NCBI GenBank assembly: GCA_030264375.1
Contig: JASCQW010000001.1
Location: 81,563,275 to 81,627,274 of the forward strand
Direction of reading: 5' to 3'
DNA: 64,000 nucleotides
DNA from: Carcharhinus longimanus
Lineage: Eukaryota
The notes beneath the pieces were generated by a model, which searched no databases, was not told where the DNA came from, and saw nothing but the letters and a program-made list of their open reading frames with translations. The position numbers and the translations under genes are program-made. This document shows, in pieces, positions 25,312-39,686 of the stretch. Position 1 is the stretch's first letter. The number at the start of each line of letters is the position of its first letter.

Positions 25312-26441
25312 GCGGAATAGCAGAGTAATCTTAATGTTGTCAACATCATGAGTTTGTTGTGGCAAATGGGGTGAATCCATATAGTCTACACAGCACACTA
25401 TCATTTTATTAAAAATTGAAGTTGCAAATTGAATATTGAAAAATGGAATATTGCAAGTAAAATCTGAAATGTTTACACTTGAATCAGTCTACATCACCAT
25501 TTTTATATTTTTAAAAATATGTCAAATATATTCTTGGCACTGTGCGTGTGCGTCAAGAGGAAATATCCTCCTGGTATCCACCTATCAAATCGGCCCAGGA
25601 TCGTATATGGTTCAATAACATTGCCTCTGATTCATCTAAGTGTAATGGATATAGGCCCAATCTATTCACCCTTTCTTCATAAGCCCCTCATCACACAAAT
25701 GAATTGAGTGAACATTCTCTTAATTATTTCTAATGTCATTGTATCTTTTTTCAAATAAGGTGACAAAGCACCTAAGTCCTGCAGTCTCTCTTCATTTATG
25801 TAATGGTACTCCTTTTCTATTTTCTATTTTTTTTCTTATGAATAGGATGAATAAACTATTTGCAGCAAATCAACAGGTGCACAGCAAGGAAAATATTGTA
25901 ATGAAAATTTTTTAAAAGTTACCTGTCGGTTATTTGTATCTCATTAAATATCTTTCTCATTTGACAAAGATTGTATCACTGTCACATTAATCATTGTAAT
26001 TTGTATAAAAAAAACTAGTTTCAGATTGACATTTATATTGACTTCCATCACCTTTTAACCCATGGAAGTGGTGGATGCAAACAAAATGAGACAGGGTGGG
26101 ATTTTCTGGCCACACTCACCCCAAAGCTGGAAAAACCCGCCTGAAGTCAGTGGACCTTTGCATGGTCCATGTCCCACCCATAGGCAGGCATTCCTGTGGC
26201 AGGTGGGACTGGATAATCATCAGCTTCACTTCGAGTTAGCAGATTACCTAAAAGATCTAATTATATTGAAATACAAAATATATGTGAAGATTAAATATTC
26301 TGAAAGATTTGCATCCTAATAGGCTACACATTAAATTTATTTGGAATTATAAGTGACTAATTGGCTGAATCATGGGTCTTGTGTTGTGTTCCTATTGTTT
26401 CTATTATAATTGTTCTCATTGCCTTAATTACTAGAGACTAG

Positions 26442-26555
<114 letters not shown>

Positions 26556-26662
26556 TAATTATTATTTAAGTAAATAAACTTCCGTAATTTAAAGGGATGG
26601 CAGGAAGATTTAAAGTCAAAGCTTAATACAATTTTTCTCTGGATTTAAAAAAGGAAAACAAC

Positions 26663-27240
26663 GGTCGGGATTTTGCACCCCCCCCCACTCATTTGTTGTG
26701 GGTGCAAAGTGTGATAGGACGAACAAAATCTCACAAGGAGCTGAAAATGAGAATTTCACTAATGAGATTGTCCCAGTCATTGATATAACATAGTTCATGC
26801 CCAGGAAGGTCAGGAACCTAATTTAAATATATTTCGATATCAGCGATAGGCTTCCCTACTGTACAGTCTCCCAATATTTGGTTATCCCCCCTCACTGACG
26901 TGACATCATGTCAGCGAGGCTTACAGTAGTCTGCAGCAACATGAACCAGGTGAAGAGAACCAGCCAGGGACACACAGGTAAGTACATTCCTGAGGGATTG
27001 TGGGAGCGGGACATGCCCTGTTTCTGTAGGGAATGGTGTGAGTGATCTCCATGCCCATAGAAGGGGAGCTTGGTTTTTATCTTTAGTGCTGTGAGATTGG
27101 GATGCCCTATTTCAGTGTGACAGCACCTCCAACGTTCTTTCTCTGAAAGTGCTGTAAAATATGGCAGGAAACGCCGGCAGTGGAGCACATTGCTTCTCTC
27201 ACCTGAGCCAGCATTTTGAAAAAAATTTAAAATAATGCCC
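26663..27240. mobile_element. Non-autonomous Harbinger-type element (MITE-like)
   Basis: Begins GGTCGGGATTTT and ends AAAATAATGCCC. Subterminal sequence resembles the left end of the 7016 element. Confidence 0.5.
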
Positions 27241-27631
27241 ATTCCTTTTATATAGAATCTTATCTATTAAATTTGAAATGTAACCACTCTTATGGGGGCA
27301 AATGTAGCAGTCAAATTTTCAGAGTGCAGTCGTATGAACAGAAACAGAATCACAGAATGGTTATAGCACAGAAGGAGGCTATTTGCGCCATTATGTCTAT
27401 GCTGACGTAGCTCATCTGGTGCCCTGCCACCTTCTTTGTGTAGCCTTGCGCATTCTTTATTTTTAGCTACTGAATGACCAATTATTTTTTGTTTTGGTAA
27501 TGTTGACTAAGAGATGAATATTGGCCAAGATTTGGGAGAACTCCTTATTCCTCTACAGATAGTACCTTGTATTTCTTTTTATTTGCCTATATCTAATTGA
27601 GCAGGCAGATTGGTATCAGTTTAGCACCTAT

Positions 27632-27853
27632 ATGCAAAACAATATCTGTGGGTGCCTGAAATAAAAATAGAAAATGCTGAAAAAACTGAGGCGGTCTGGC
27701 AGGATCTGTGGAGAGAGAAAAATAGTTAACTCTGAAGAAGAGTCATATTGGACTTGAAATGTTAACTCTCCACAGATACAGCCAGACTCCCTGAGTTTTT
27801 CCAGCACTTTGTTTTTAATTCCGATCTCCAGTCTCCACAGTATTTTGCTTTTA
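27632..27853 (+). repeat. Palindromic family-A element with a central hammerhead core
   Basis: ~90-bp inverted arms flank CTGAAGA-A-GAGTC-ATATTG-GACTT-GAAA-TG-TT-AACT (27732-27767). Confidence 0.8.
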
Positions 27854-28499
27854 CCTCTTGAGTATCTGTCTGGTCTGTATCTCCTGGAATGAGGGCTTGA
27901 ACCCTCTCTCAAACTTCTAACTCGAAGGTGTAAGTATTATCTAGCTGGCACTTAATGAATGAACTTAAGATATTCACATTTAAGGATACTGTAGTATTGT
28001 AGATAATAGATTTTTAAAATAGTCGTGCAGCTTTTATTATCATGTGGCACATTTTTGTTTTAGATTTCCTTTTCTTTCTTTCACCTTTCACTATGATGCC
28101 AAATATCACACTTCTTATTAAGACGACTAGTCATGAAGACCCATGCCTTAAACCTTTCATAGCTGTCATAAATGTTGTCCATGACCAATGTATATGTTGC
28201 TATAAGGTAGTCCTGCTAGTTTGCAGTTTTCTGAAGAAAGCTTCTATCAAAAATGCAACATTCAAATTTCTATAGAGGGTGAGATTTGGACCATAGGCAT
28301 CAGATATGTTTCCTTAGAAATATCTCCACAGTGTCAACACTATCAATTGACTGAAATTTAAAAGAAGATCTTTTATGCTATCTTCACCATTCCCGTTGTT
28401 TTGTGTTCCATGGCACTGTTGTCATTTAATCTCTTCTGCCCTTAAACCTATCCATGACTTTCCATTCTGCTGCATATGCCTTTCACCCCTTTATTCAAT

Positions 28500-28650
28500 G
28501 ACATAAAACATCTCCCTCAGTCCAATATGACTTTTCTCTGAAACTAATGTTAATTCTGTTTCTCTTTCTCCACAGATGCTGCCAGATCTGTTGCATTTTT
28601 CCAGCATTTTCTGTTTTCAGTTCTCCAGCATAGCAGTATCTTGCTTTTGT
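28500..28650 (+). repeat. Family-A element body
   Basis: CTCCACAGATGCTGCCAGATCTG...TCCAGCATTTTCTGTTTT is homologous to the other copies. Confidence 0.7.
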
Positions 28651-28737
28651 CATTGTGGCATTTATAGGGCCCTGCTTGTTCTCGCTTGCTCTCGTGCTCC
28701 ATGCCTACTGTCTTCAGCCTCAACAAGTTGGGTGATT

Positions 28738-29090
28738 GGAGATGGTGGCATATGATATTGTCACTGGACTAGTTACCTAGAGACCCAGGGCAGCATCTGG
28801 GTTCAAATCCCACTAAAGCAGATTGACAACATTTGAATTCATTAAAAAAATCTGGAATTAAGAATCTAATGATGACTAAGAAGCCGTTGTCAATTATGGT
28901 TAAAACCCATCTCGTTCACTAATGTCCTTTAGGGATGGAAATCTGTTATCCTTACCTGGTCTGGCCTACATGTGACTTCAGATCCACAGCGATGTGATTA
29001 ACTCTCGAAAGCCCTTTGAAATGGAGGGCAGTTAGGAATGGGGAATAAGTGCTGGGCCAGCCAATGACTCCTACATCCCCTAAATAAATT
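28738..29090 (+). mobile_element. tRNA-derived SINE sharing core and tail with the 13015-18026 LINE
   Basis: A-box-like TGGCATATG, B box GGTTCAAATCC, core GTTCACTAATGTCCTTTAGGG...GGTCTGGCCTACATGTGAC and tail GGGCAGTTAGGAATGGG.AATAA. Confidence 0.75.
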
Positions 29091-29179
29091 TTTTTAAATG
29101 CTTGCAACAGGGGAGTCTTCTTTCCACTTCTATCTAAACATGTCTATCAGGATTACATGCTGTTTCTGAATATTCAACT

Positions 29180-29445
29180 TTTTTTATTCATTTGTGGGAC
29201 ATGGCCATTGCTGGTGGCTAACATTTATTGCACATCCCTAATTGCCCTTGAGAAGGTAGTGGTGAGCTGCCTTTGAGAAACACAGATATAACTGAGTGGC
29301 TTGTTAGGCTATTTCAGAGGGCAGTTGAGAATCATCCACATTGCTGTGGCTCTGGAGTCACATATAGGCCAGACCAGGTAGAAAAGTAGATTTCCTTCCT
29401 TCAAGGACATCTAGTAATAATATCACTATGCCATCACCTCCCCCA
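29180..29445 (-). mobile_element. Second copy of the same SINE (internally deleted), tail-to-tail with the 28738 copy
   Basis: Reverse-complement homology of head, core and tail. Confidence 0.75.
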
Positions 29446-30319
29446 TAATCTGCACTTTTTAAAAAAAAAGTTTTTTTTCCACTGCCAGAACCAAATAAGA
29501 GAGAGAGGATTTGGACCAGAATAGGTGTTAATAACAGAATAAAGGTCAGTACTGTTGAAAGCAAAACATGAGAACAAGATACAGACTGACACTAAGGGTT
29601 TAGTCGTGCAGGGCAGGGTGGGGGGAGAATGTAAAATGGAGAGCAGAGTTCTTGATCTGAAGTTGTTGAACTTAATGTGGAGTTCAGAAGGCTGTAAAGT
29701 GTCTAATCAGAACATGAGGTGCTGTTCCCCCAGTTTGTGTTTGGATTTTTCATTTTATTTCAACAGAGATCTACATAAGCAAATGTGCTAGAGTAAAAAT
29801 ATACTTGTAACTGAATGTTTGACATTGCCTTCTGTACGATCTTTAACCACAGAGGGAAGAAACCAAACTGTTGGAGTTAATTAAATAATCATAGTTCTGC
29901 GGTGAAATAATTTAACTCAGGATATACATATATATATGAAGGTTTAAGCAAATGAGGAACTGAAACATGTAAGTTGCTAATTACTTTCCATGTTTCTTTT
30001 CAGCTTGGAGTAAAAACTTTGTTCCTGTAATATATGTCCTTGTAAATCTGCAGTGAATTCTGGGGGATTATTCCTAATTCAGAATAAAATTTAAATCAGT
30101 TATTTACCGAATTGTTAGGACTAGGAAGTAAGAGATCAACAGTAGGCTAATCAAATGCTCCTGAATTTTAACATGATGAATAATGTGATGGAACTTGTCC
30201 AACATTTGTCTTCCTGGGTTAGTATTCTGCAAAATTTCTGGAGTGCTTCATCTGTGCCTTAATACTAATGTTACCGTTGAGTTAGAATAAACAAAGGAAA
30301 AAAGATAAAGGATCAGATG

Positions 30320-30920
30320 TTACACCTCCTGTCATTGCTTGGAAGGATGCCCTGGGAAGGGGATGAGCTGCTAGGGGTGATAGAGGAATGGACCAGAGTG
30401 CCAGAGGAAATAGTCCATTCAGAATGCTGACAAGGGAGGTGAAGGGAAAATATGTTTGGTGGTGGCATCATGCTCGAATTGATAGAGATGGCAGAGGATG
30501 AATACAGAGGCTGGCGGGGTGAAAAGTGAGGAAAACAACATGGTCTGGGAGGGAGAGGGAAGGGGTGAGGTCAGAACTGTAGGAAATGGGTCAGGCACAG
30601 CGCGGTGGGAGGGGGAGGGGCAGGTGGAATCCTTGGCTGAGGAAAAANNNNNNNNNNNNNNNNNNNNNNNNNNNNNNNNNNNNNNNNNNNNNNNNNNNNN
30701 NNNNNNNNNNNNNNNNNNNNNNNNNNNNNNNNNNNNNNNNNNNNNNNAAAATGAAGACCTTTCAGAAGCAACATTGTGGAAGGTAGCATCATCAGAACAG
30801 ATGCGACGGAGACAGAGAAACTGGGAGAATGGAATGGAATCCTCACAGGAATGAGGATGTGAGGAGGTGTAGTCGAGATAGCTGTAAGAATCTGAGAGCT
30901 TATACTGAATATTGGTAATG
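30320..30920 (-). mobile_element. Penelope-like element RT C-terminal remnant
   Basis: Minus-strand translation YK..DSYSYLDYTSSHPHSCEDSIPFSQFLCLRRICSDDATFH is typical of the Penelope RT thumb region. Confidence 0.8.
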
Positions 30921-31307
30921 CATCATAGTGGTTGACCTATACATGCTACTGGGTTCTTGATACAATTTGAAATGCCTTCCGAGAAGATATTCTGCCAATG
31001 AAAACTGGTGGCCTGTTAAATTTAGTTTTGTTTTAAAAAATACTCATTCATGCCCCACAAAAAAAATGCAATCTCTCCCATCTCTTCCTTTCCACATTGG
31101 AACCATACCTGAATCCTCATCCCCATTAACTTAATTTAAGAATATTTACAATAGTACAATTAGAAAAATGAAAGTTTTTTTGAATGGGCCAAAGTAATCA
31201 AAACATAGGGCCGAAATTCTATGGGGATTTTATTGGTTTTCTGTTGTAATTTTGGTAACTTTTTGGTGGTGGTTGTGGTGGGGGGGGAGTCACAACAGTG
31301 ATGGAAT

Positions 31308-31408
31308 GAACAAAAACAGAAAATGCTGGAAACTCTCAGCAGATCTAAGAGCATCTGTGGAGAGAAAATAGAGCCAACCTTTTGAGCCAGAATGACCCTT
31401 CGTCAGAT
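31308..31408 (-). repeat. Short hammerhead-bearing element, family A
   Basis: Minus strand reads CTGACGA-A-GGGTC-ATTCT-GGCTC-AAAA-GG-TT-GGCT, with the same body. Confidence 0.75.
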
Positions 31409-32799
31409 GGAATGAATATGGCCATTCACATTTCTTCTCTGTGGGCTCTGACGGTCTCCTATAGAAATTACAACAAGAGATCGGTGAAACCCTCGTGAGG
31501 TTTCTGGTCCAAAGATTCCCATCCAAGCAATAAATCACTCAAAGTACATTTGTGCAAAACAGTTTCCAAACATAAAGAAGTATTTACACGGTTTTTTCCC
31601 ATGACCTGAGGACATCCAAATGTCATTTACAACCAATAAAATACTCAAAGTTCATTCCATCACTGTTGTAATTTAGGGAACACGGCACCCAATTTGCACC
31701 AGAAGGTCCCTTAACAGTAATGTAATAATGACCAGTTGATATGGTAACTTTCATGTTGGGAGTTAGTGTGAAGATTTTTGTTTTGATAGGGCAGATTATG
31801 CTATAGGAGTCTTCTGCTGTAGTTAACTACAAGGACATTAACCTGTTTTTTGGTGAGATGATATTCATCCAAGACAGGTTATCACAAACCGGTGAACTTG
31901 TTAACTACTGGAAAACTAATGCTGTTGTTTCCATACCAAAAACTTTCCTAATTCCTCTGTAATACAGTTTTGGTTGAGAGAGCGTGAAAGCTGACATGTT
32001 TCCTCAATATGTGAAAGTAGATTTTCTCAACCTCCTCTTTGACACTCCAGCCATTTCAATATTAATGTTAATTCAGGAAGTGTCTGTGATATGTTGGAAA
32101 CTCAGTGAAGGTTTTTTTTCTTTGTTTCTTATGGTTTTTCACATTTAATTGTCAGGAAATTATTGTAAGTTTGCTGATGAAGAATCAACCAGTTTAATAG
32201 ATTACACAGTTTGACTCACTAGGTTGATCATTATGTATAATTTGTTGTGCATGTTGCAGATTGGATTACTGTGTGGTATTTGAGACTGCACACTTAAGGG
32301 AGAATGTTGAGGCTGATTCACTGGGATATACTGCCTGATATGAGGAAATACACATCTAAAAAGTGGAAAAACTTTTTATGCCTTTCACAATCTTGGTCTA
32401 TCCTAAGGCACTTTAAAGCCAATTAAATACTTTCGAATTATGGTTACTGTTGCAATGTAGGAAACATGAAGAAAGGTCAGGTTATGAGGTTGTGGAATGA
32501 GAGCTGTGACTGAAAAAGTTACCTGTTCAAACGATTAATCAAACATATGATTAAAACAGAGAGCATGTCAACATTTATAAGTAGATTAGATAGTCACTGA
32601 AGGAAAATGAATATATAGATTAATGAACAAAGTGGGAATTTGAGATTATGATTGAAGTGCTAACCTGGATTGGTTGGGTTTGATGATTTGTTTCCTTATG
32701 CTGTAATTCTTTTTGGGACACATGGATGGGTTTTGGAATGGGCAGATTCAGTTTATTGTATAAATGACAAGTCAGATTTTGGAGGAGGGGACCCAGAGT

Positions 32800-33088
32800 T
32801 AAAGTTAATTTATTAGTGTTACAAGTAGGTTTACATTCACACTGCAATGAAGTTACTGTGAAAATCCCCTAGTCACCACACTGACGCCTGTTTGGGTACA
32901 CTGAGTATTTAGCATGACCAATTCACCTAATTTGCACATCTTTGGACTGTGGGAGAAAACTGGAGCACCCGGAGGAAACCCACTCAGATACCGGGAGAAT
33001 GTGCAAACTCCACACAGACAATGACCCAAGCTGGGAATCGAACCTGGGTCATGGTGCTGTGAGGCGGCAGTGTTACCACCGTGCCACC
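32800..33088 (-). mobile_element. V-domain SINE with an alternative (Rex1-like) tail
   Basis: tRNA head with GGTTCGATTCC, V-core and tail TACTTGTAACACTAATAAAT. Confidence 0.85.
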
Positions 33089-33759
33089 TACAGAGGTAAT
33101 TAGAGTGAAAAATTTTCAGTTCAGGATTTGGTCTGGAAATACAATGTAGATCCTGTTTTGAAGGCAAATCCTTTTTTGGCTGAGAGCCTAACTTATTTGT
33201 TAGGGAAAGTATTCTTCTGCCCATTCTGGTTTTACCAGATGAAATGAATGCAAAGGTTACTGGATACAGATGGCTATTAGCAGCAGAGGGCTGGCTGCTT
33301 TTCTCCCTGCGGAAACCATCCCATTGTCAATCAAAATGCCCTTCTGGAAGGGAATTCTCATTCTGAGAGAATGATAAGGAATTTGAACTTTGAAAGGAGC
33401 TTCATGTTTTATTTTTGAGATTGCCAAAGGCATATAGGATGAGTAACGTAATTGATTCAGAACCAAAATTATGGAAGAAGGCTAGTTGATTTATTATGCC
33501 AATGCTAGTTCATGTATTTACTCTCTTTTCCTTACTTTGCCCTCATACTATTAAAATATCAAACTCCCATTTTAAACATGCTTCACAGCGTCTTAATGGC
33601 TATTTGTAATCAATTATGTCTTAGCTATTTGATGAAAAATTCCTTTCTAATCTTTCCTTTTATGCTTCCATTCTCATCCCAACCGAGTTCATGCCCTCTT
33701 ATTGACCTATGAACCAGTGAAAATAATCATTCAAATTTTTAAAAACGTTTTTCATCTCG

Positions 33760-35345
33760 GCCGTAAGAATAAAAAAGCAGATTTTTCCTTAATAAGTGAG
33801 GAACTTGTAAGCGTTGATGTTCAAAGAGACTGGAATGTGCTCACATGGGGAACATAATGTTAGCATGGAGGTGCAGCATGCAATTCGGAAGGCAAATGAC
33901 ATGTTATTGTGAAGGCTTTGGAGTATAAGATTAAATAAGTCTTGCTACAGTTGTACGGGACTTTGATGAGACCACACCTGCAATACTGTGTGCAATTTTG
34001 GTTTCCCATTTGTAAGAAAGCATATATTTGCATTGGAGGCGATAGATTAAAGAATCACTAAATTGCTCCTTGGGATGAGGGGATTGCCTATGATGGGAAG
34101 CTGAGTAAATTGGACTATTGTTCTCTGGAGTTCAGAAGAATGAGATTGAAACCTACAAAATGCTGAAGGACTTGACAGGGTCAACAAAGAGAGATTGTTT
34201 TCACTGATCAGGGAATCTAAACTGCAGGGACACAGTCTCAAGATAAAGGGGAAACTTTAATAAAGGGGCTGAGATGAGCAGAAATTAGTTTGCTCAAGGG
34301 TTGTGAATCTTTGGAATTTTCTACCCCAGAGGATTGTGAATGTTCCAGTGTTGAATACTTTAAGGTTGGGATAGATAAATTTTTTGGTTTGGGAATTAAA
34401 TGACATGGGGAGTAGGTGGGAAAATATAGTTGAAGTCCAAGACCTGGCATGATCATATTAAATGGAGGATCAGGCTTACTGGGCTGTGCGATCTACTCCT
34501 CCTATTTCTTGTGTTCTTCTCAAACTTATTAATCATTTTCAACATGTATGATTGATCCACCCTTTGTTTCGGCTTTCATCAGCACAGCCCTTTAAGTGCA
34601 ATCCTCCCATTCAGTATAATCCTAATGTCGATTCTTTTTATGGTTCCAAAATCATTTCTAAATCTGGCTTCCAAAATCATATATAGATAAATTAACTTCT
34701 TGGCTCAGGGCCATCTAATGGTGTTTGCTGTTAGTTAGATTTGCCCTTGGACATCTAAATTATTCCTTTTTTTAGCACAATAGATTGCTGGAACAAAGAA
34801 AATTACAGCACAGGAACAGGTCCTTCGGCCTTCTAAGCCTGCACTGACCATGNNNNNNNNNNNNNNNNNNNNNNNNNNNNNNNNNNNNNNNNNNNNNNNN
34901 NNCTTCTGCACCAGTCTGCCATGAGGGATCTTGTCAAAGGCCTTACTGAAGTCCATGTAGACAACATCCATTACCCTACCCTCATCAATCATCTTCATCA
35001 CTTCCTCAAAAAACTCAGATCAAATTAGTGAGGCATGACCTTTGTTTCACAAAACCATGATGTCTCTCGTTAATACGTTCACTTATTTTTCAAGTGGGAG
35101 TAAATCCTGTCTTGAAGAATTCTCTCCAGTAATTGCCCTACCATTCACGTCAGGCTCAGCGGCCTGTATTTACCTGGATTATTCTTGCTACCCTTCTTGA
35201 ACAAAGGAACAACATTAGTTATTCTCCAATCCTCTGGGACCTCCCCTGTAGCCAATGAGGATACAAAGATTTCTCTCAAGGTCCCAGTAATTTCCTCCCT
35301 TGCTTATTTCAGTATTCTTGGATATATCCCATCAGACTCTGGGGA
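33760..35345. mobile_element. CR1-type LINE fragments (+ at 33760-34520; - at 34790-35345)
   Basis: [13 protein letters not shown] and DEGRVMDVVYMDFSKAFDKIPHGRLVQK motifs. Confidence 0.85.
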
Positions 35346-35659
35346 AATGTGAACTAATAATATTGCAGTCAGGGTAACTGGGTCCATCTGAGTGAACTGT
35401 ATCTCAACCAATCTGATTAATTGTGCAAGGACTGAGAAGGAAGTGTGAAGAAAAGGTCAAATCAAATCAAATCGGTGCAAAAAGAGAAATAATGAGAGGT
35501 AAAGGAAGATTGCATTAAGAAAGGAAAACTTTTATTTTTAAACATTGAACAACAATTAAAACCTGAAGGGATGAGATTCCACACTTATTAGCAGCAATTA
35601 GGATCTTAAGTACTTAAACTGGAATGGATACAACTTAATCTAATTGGTAGTACAAACCT

Positions 35660-36625
35660 GAGTGTTGCTGAAAGAGACGTTTTTTCAAAGCTTTTCATCT
35701 TGTACATATCAATGTATTCATAAGAATACAAATCCAAGGACGACAACACTGTATGAAATGAGAGCACTGATTGGTTCGCAAGTGAACTCTGATTAATTGA
35801 GATTTTCCCATGACAAATGTATCAATTGTTTGTGACAGTCTATCGTTGTTTGAAATTTAAACCAAGCAGCTTGACTCTGATTGCCTTGAGAAATGAGCTC
35901 AAATGGCTTTTCACTTATTTTGTTTTTCTGAAATAGTCACAATGTGTGTACATGCTCTCTGAGTGCAAAGAATAGAGCCCTGTTTTTTTTTTAAATTCAT
36001 ATAGCTTCTAGTATATTCAAATGTGCCACACTGTGAGCCTGACTGAAACTCTTAAATTGGTTGTCAGTGTAATTTTTAGCACACTGAGAATTAGTTAGCA
36101 AATATTGTCCAATTGTGGAATCACATCTAATGTTGAACACTGGTTTGAATTTTGTAAACCTAGGCTGGTTGAGTATGGTCTCTACCTTCCCTGTTGTGAA
36201 CAGTGCAAGCTGTTTGATACAATTACTAGTCTTTGGGACATACAACTTAAAGTACCTGGCATCACATTGGCACTAAAATTCATATACCACATTCCTCATT
36301 TGTGTGATAAGCAGAATGTCTTTTTAGCTTGCTGGCAGCATCTCATTAGTGGTAAATACTTTGTGTTGCAGTTGCATAGTAGCGGGGTGAAACAGCTAGC
36401 ATCACCTGTTGCTCAAAGTTTTGAGATACCTTGCCCTTCTAGGATAATCTAAGGTGGAATAGGCACTTTTCAGAGCCGATGATGGCCTTGGTCCTGTTCA
36501 TGAGTTTGCATGAAATGATCTGATCAGGGCAGCCATTATCCTGCAGGATGCCTTTATGCCCTATTTCAGCATCAAGCTTGCATGGTCCTGATGAGTGCAA
36601 GATGGAAAACTTCAACAAAAATATT
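35660..36625 (-). mobile_element. Penelope-like element remnant (GIY-YIG endonuclease region) with inverted terminal repeat piece
   Basis: Minus strand reads NVVY.F.C.CDA...CDSTIGQYLL.NSQCAKNYTDNQFK...HLNILEA. Terminal repeats with hammerhead-like cores lie at ~35685-35715 (-) and 36584-36616 (+). Confidence 0.75.
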
Positions 36626-36704
36626 CTTTTTGTGGCGAGTTTAGTTTGCAAGCAAATTTTGTGCAAGTATAACAACTTGACACCATTCAGTGCATTACAG
36701 TGGT

Positions 36705-36860
36705 GAATTTTGATGTGATTATTATTGTCACGTGTATTAGCGTTCAGAGAAAAGTATTGTTTCTTGAGTGCTTTACAGACAGCATACTGTTCATCGATAA
36801 GGAAATGAGAGAGTGTAGAATGTGGTGTTACAGTCAATAGCTAGGGTGTAGAGAAAGATT
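36705..36860 (-). mobile_element. Rex1-type LINE 3' tail
   Basis: Reverse complement of 3593-3750. Confidence 0.75.
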
Positions 36861-37109
36861 AAGCAGGAAGGTGCAATTTTTGCAAAGCTAGCAGTGGAGT
36901 CAAAGCAACCTTGACAGTAATTTTTGAATATTGAGTTTGAAAGCATGTTTAGTCTATACTCTTTTTTGCAAAATAAGAATGTCATTATCTGTGCTGTTAT
37001 GTTGACCAGAAAATTGCAGCCCTGATTTTCAGTTCAGTATCTCTATTCATAAAAGGAGAAATTGAAATTCTAACTTTGATAGCTTTTGCAAGGTTGAAAT
37101 GTTAATATT

Positions 37110-38560
37110 CTGTCATCTTCAACGATCAATGCATCTGAATTCCAAAGTCGTTCTATCCCTGTGCACTCTTTAGAACTTTGCCATTTAATCTATATAGCCT
37201 TCGCTTGTCCCTTCTGCCAAAATGCATGACTTCACACTTCTTTGTATTAAACTCTGCCTGCCACTTGGCTTCCCATCTGTCTGCTGTTGCAGTTGGTGAG
37301 ATATCACCCTCACTGTTATCATAATTTAAATTTTGTTGTCGCTGCAAAATTTGTAATGTTACTTTGTATTCCAATTTCCAATCACTTATGTATATCAAAA
37401 GAAGTCTTAGCACAACCACGTAGGGAACACTATTGTCATCTATCATCTGCCACTCTGGAAAAAACAACCATTTATCACAACATGACGTTTTCTGTCCAAA
37501 TCCCCCTCTAAATCTCTCTGCCCCATCCTTTTAAGGCACTCCTTAAAACTTCCCTCTGACCAAGCTTTTGGTCATTTGCCCTAATATCTTCTCAATGAAG
37601 TTCAGTTTTATATTTTGTTTCATAATGCCTCCATAAAATGTCTTGGGGACATTTCACTATACTAAGAACACTGTTTAAATACAAGTTGGTGTAGTTGGTA
37701 AATCAATATTTTATCGAAACTGACACTAGCCCTCCTATTCCATGAGGCTCAGTTTTGTTAACCAGGCTTTTACGTAGGACTACGTCAAATGCTTTCTTAG
37801 AATCTGTATAGACAGCATCCATTGCATTCCCTTCATCAATTTTCTTTATACTTCATCAGAGATTTAATTTGATTAATTGTATATGATCTGCCTTTTACAA
37901 ATCTATGCTAACTTTCCTTAATAACTCAAACCTTTCCCAAGAGCCTGTTTTCACCCCACTTCCTGACTTATTGTTTCTAAATTTTACCCACCACTAATAA
38001 GCCAACAAGTCTTGTAGCATCTAGGACTGCCCTTTCAGCCTTTATTGTTTCACACTTTTTATCCTCTGTCATATCTGCTAAATCTCAGGAAGATTGGGAA
38101 GTATGGCAAGCCCTTCTATCTTCAATCCCACTTGACCACATCTGGAGTATTTTGCACAGTCCTAAACACTTCAACTTGGACAGAATATATTAGCTTTTTG
38201 AAGGAGTTCAAGTTCAAGAATTCAAGAACACAGTTCAAGGATTGTCTCTTTGGGTTAGGACATTGAAAATGTAACTCCAATGTTTAAAAGAGAAACCACA
38301 AAATTATGAGAAGAAATTACATTAAACCTGGTTCATATTGTAAGAGGAAATAGTTCTTCACAGGGTGATAAAAGTCTGGATCTATTTATCTCAAAAAGTA
38401 GCAGCTCAATTAATAATTAGCAATGCCTGATCACTAGAATTATGCTAAGTAAGAATTTTAAAGGGTGGCTGCCGAAATGGGCGGATGGAGTTGGGATACT
38501 GATCAGTCACAAAAGCTCATTTAATGCTGGAATAGGGAATGAAAGGCCTACTCCTGTTGT
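37110..38560. mobile_element. Old CR1-type fragments with an L2 tail insert
   Basis: WQAEFNTKKCEVMHFGRR motif on the minus strand. L2 tail CTCCTTAAAAC...GACCAAGCTTTTGGTCA at ~37540. Confidence 0.65.
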
Positions 38561-39371
38561 CACATTCCATCCAACTCTCCAAGTAGTTGAAAGAGGATTG
38601 TATAGGACCAGCATTATCCATGTTTGTAGACATTGGCTGGATTGTTCACATTTTAATACGACAAAGAGCATGTAAATTGATCCTCTGATAAGGCATTGCA
38701 TGCAATTACCTTTTCCTTGCCTCTGTCCTCCCCACCATTGCCCTTTCTTGATTGCAAACAGCTAATTACCTGTCAGTATAAATTGACCAAAGGTGCAAGA
38801 AAGTTGTAAATTAGGACCACCAAGAGGTTTATGCTGTTACAAACATGAGAGAACAATGGGACATGATGGCGGAGCAAAGTTTATGGAATATTTCACAGGA
38901 ATGCTTTCACAATATTGATGGGAAATTACCCATTTCATTTTATGTAGTTAAGAATGAAGCACTTAAGATTCAAAAATCACAGACCAGATTATTGATGGCT
39001 GACAAAGCAGAAATTATGTTTCACATAATCTTTAAATACAGCTTATGTTAAATCTGACATAATGTGACCCATGCTCCAAACTTCTGTTCTTTTATGTTTC
39101 AATAGAACTATAGAATGTTACAGCATAGAAGAATACTGTTTTAGTCCATGAAGCTTTTGTTGACTCTTGGCTAAAGTTATTCTACTTCTTCACTCTCTCC
39201 ATAACTTTATATTCCTCTGCTTCATATGTTTGTCCAATTTTCCCTACAAGATGCAGTGGTCCATACCTTGACCACTTCCTGCGGCAAAGCAGTTTATGTT
39301 CCAACAGCCTTACTCTTAATGTTGTCATTAAACTGATGACTGACTTCTCATAGAATATTGCCCTCTAGTCT

Positions 39372-39686
39372 CATAGAATCATACAGTGCAGAAAGAGGTC
39401 CTTCAGCCCATCGAGTCTGCACCAACCACAATCCCACCCAGACCGTACCCCCATGTCCCTACAAAATTTACCCGCTAATCCCTCTAACCTAAGCATCCTA
39501 GTACACTAAGGGGCAATTTTAACATGGCCAATCAACCTAACCGCACATCTTTGGACTGTGGGAGGAAACCCACGCAGACACGAGGAGAATGTGCAAACTC
39601 CACACAGACAGAAACCCAAGCCAGGAATCGAACCCAGGTCCCTGGAGCTGTGAAGCAGCAGTGCTATTCACTGTGCTACTGTGCTT
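39372..39686 (-). mobile_element. V-domain SINE (HE1-like), CR1-type tail
   Basis: B box GGTTCGATTCC, V-core and (GATTCTAT) tail. Confidence 0.88.

Noticed and set aside
28738-29090. Naming this SINE as LF-SINE
   Set aside because: Its core does not match the LF-SINE consensus as I recall it. Left unnamed pending a Dfam/Repbase search.
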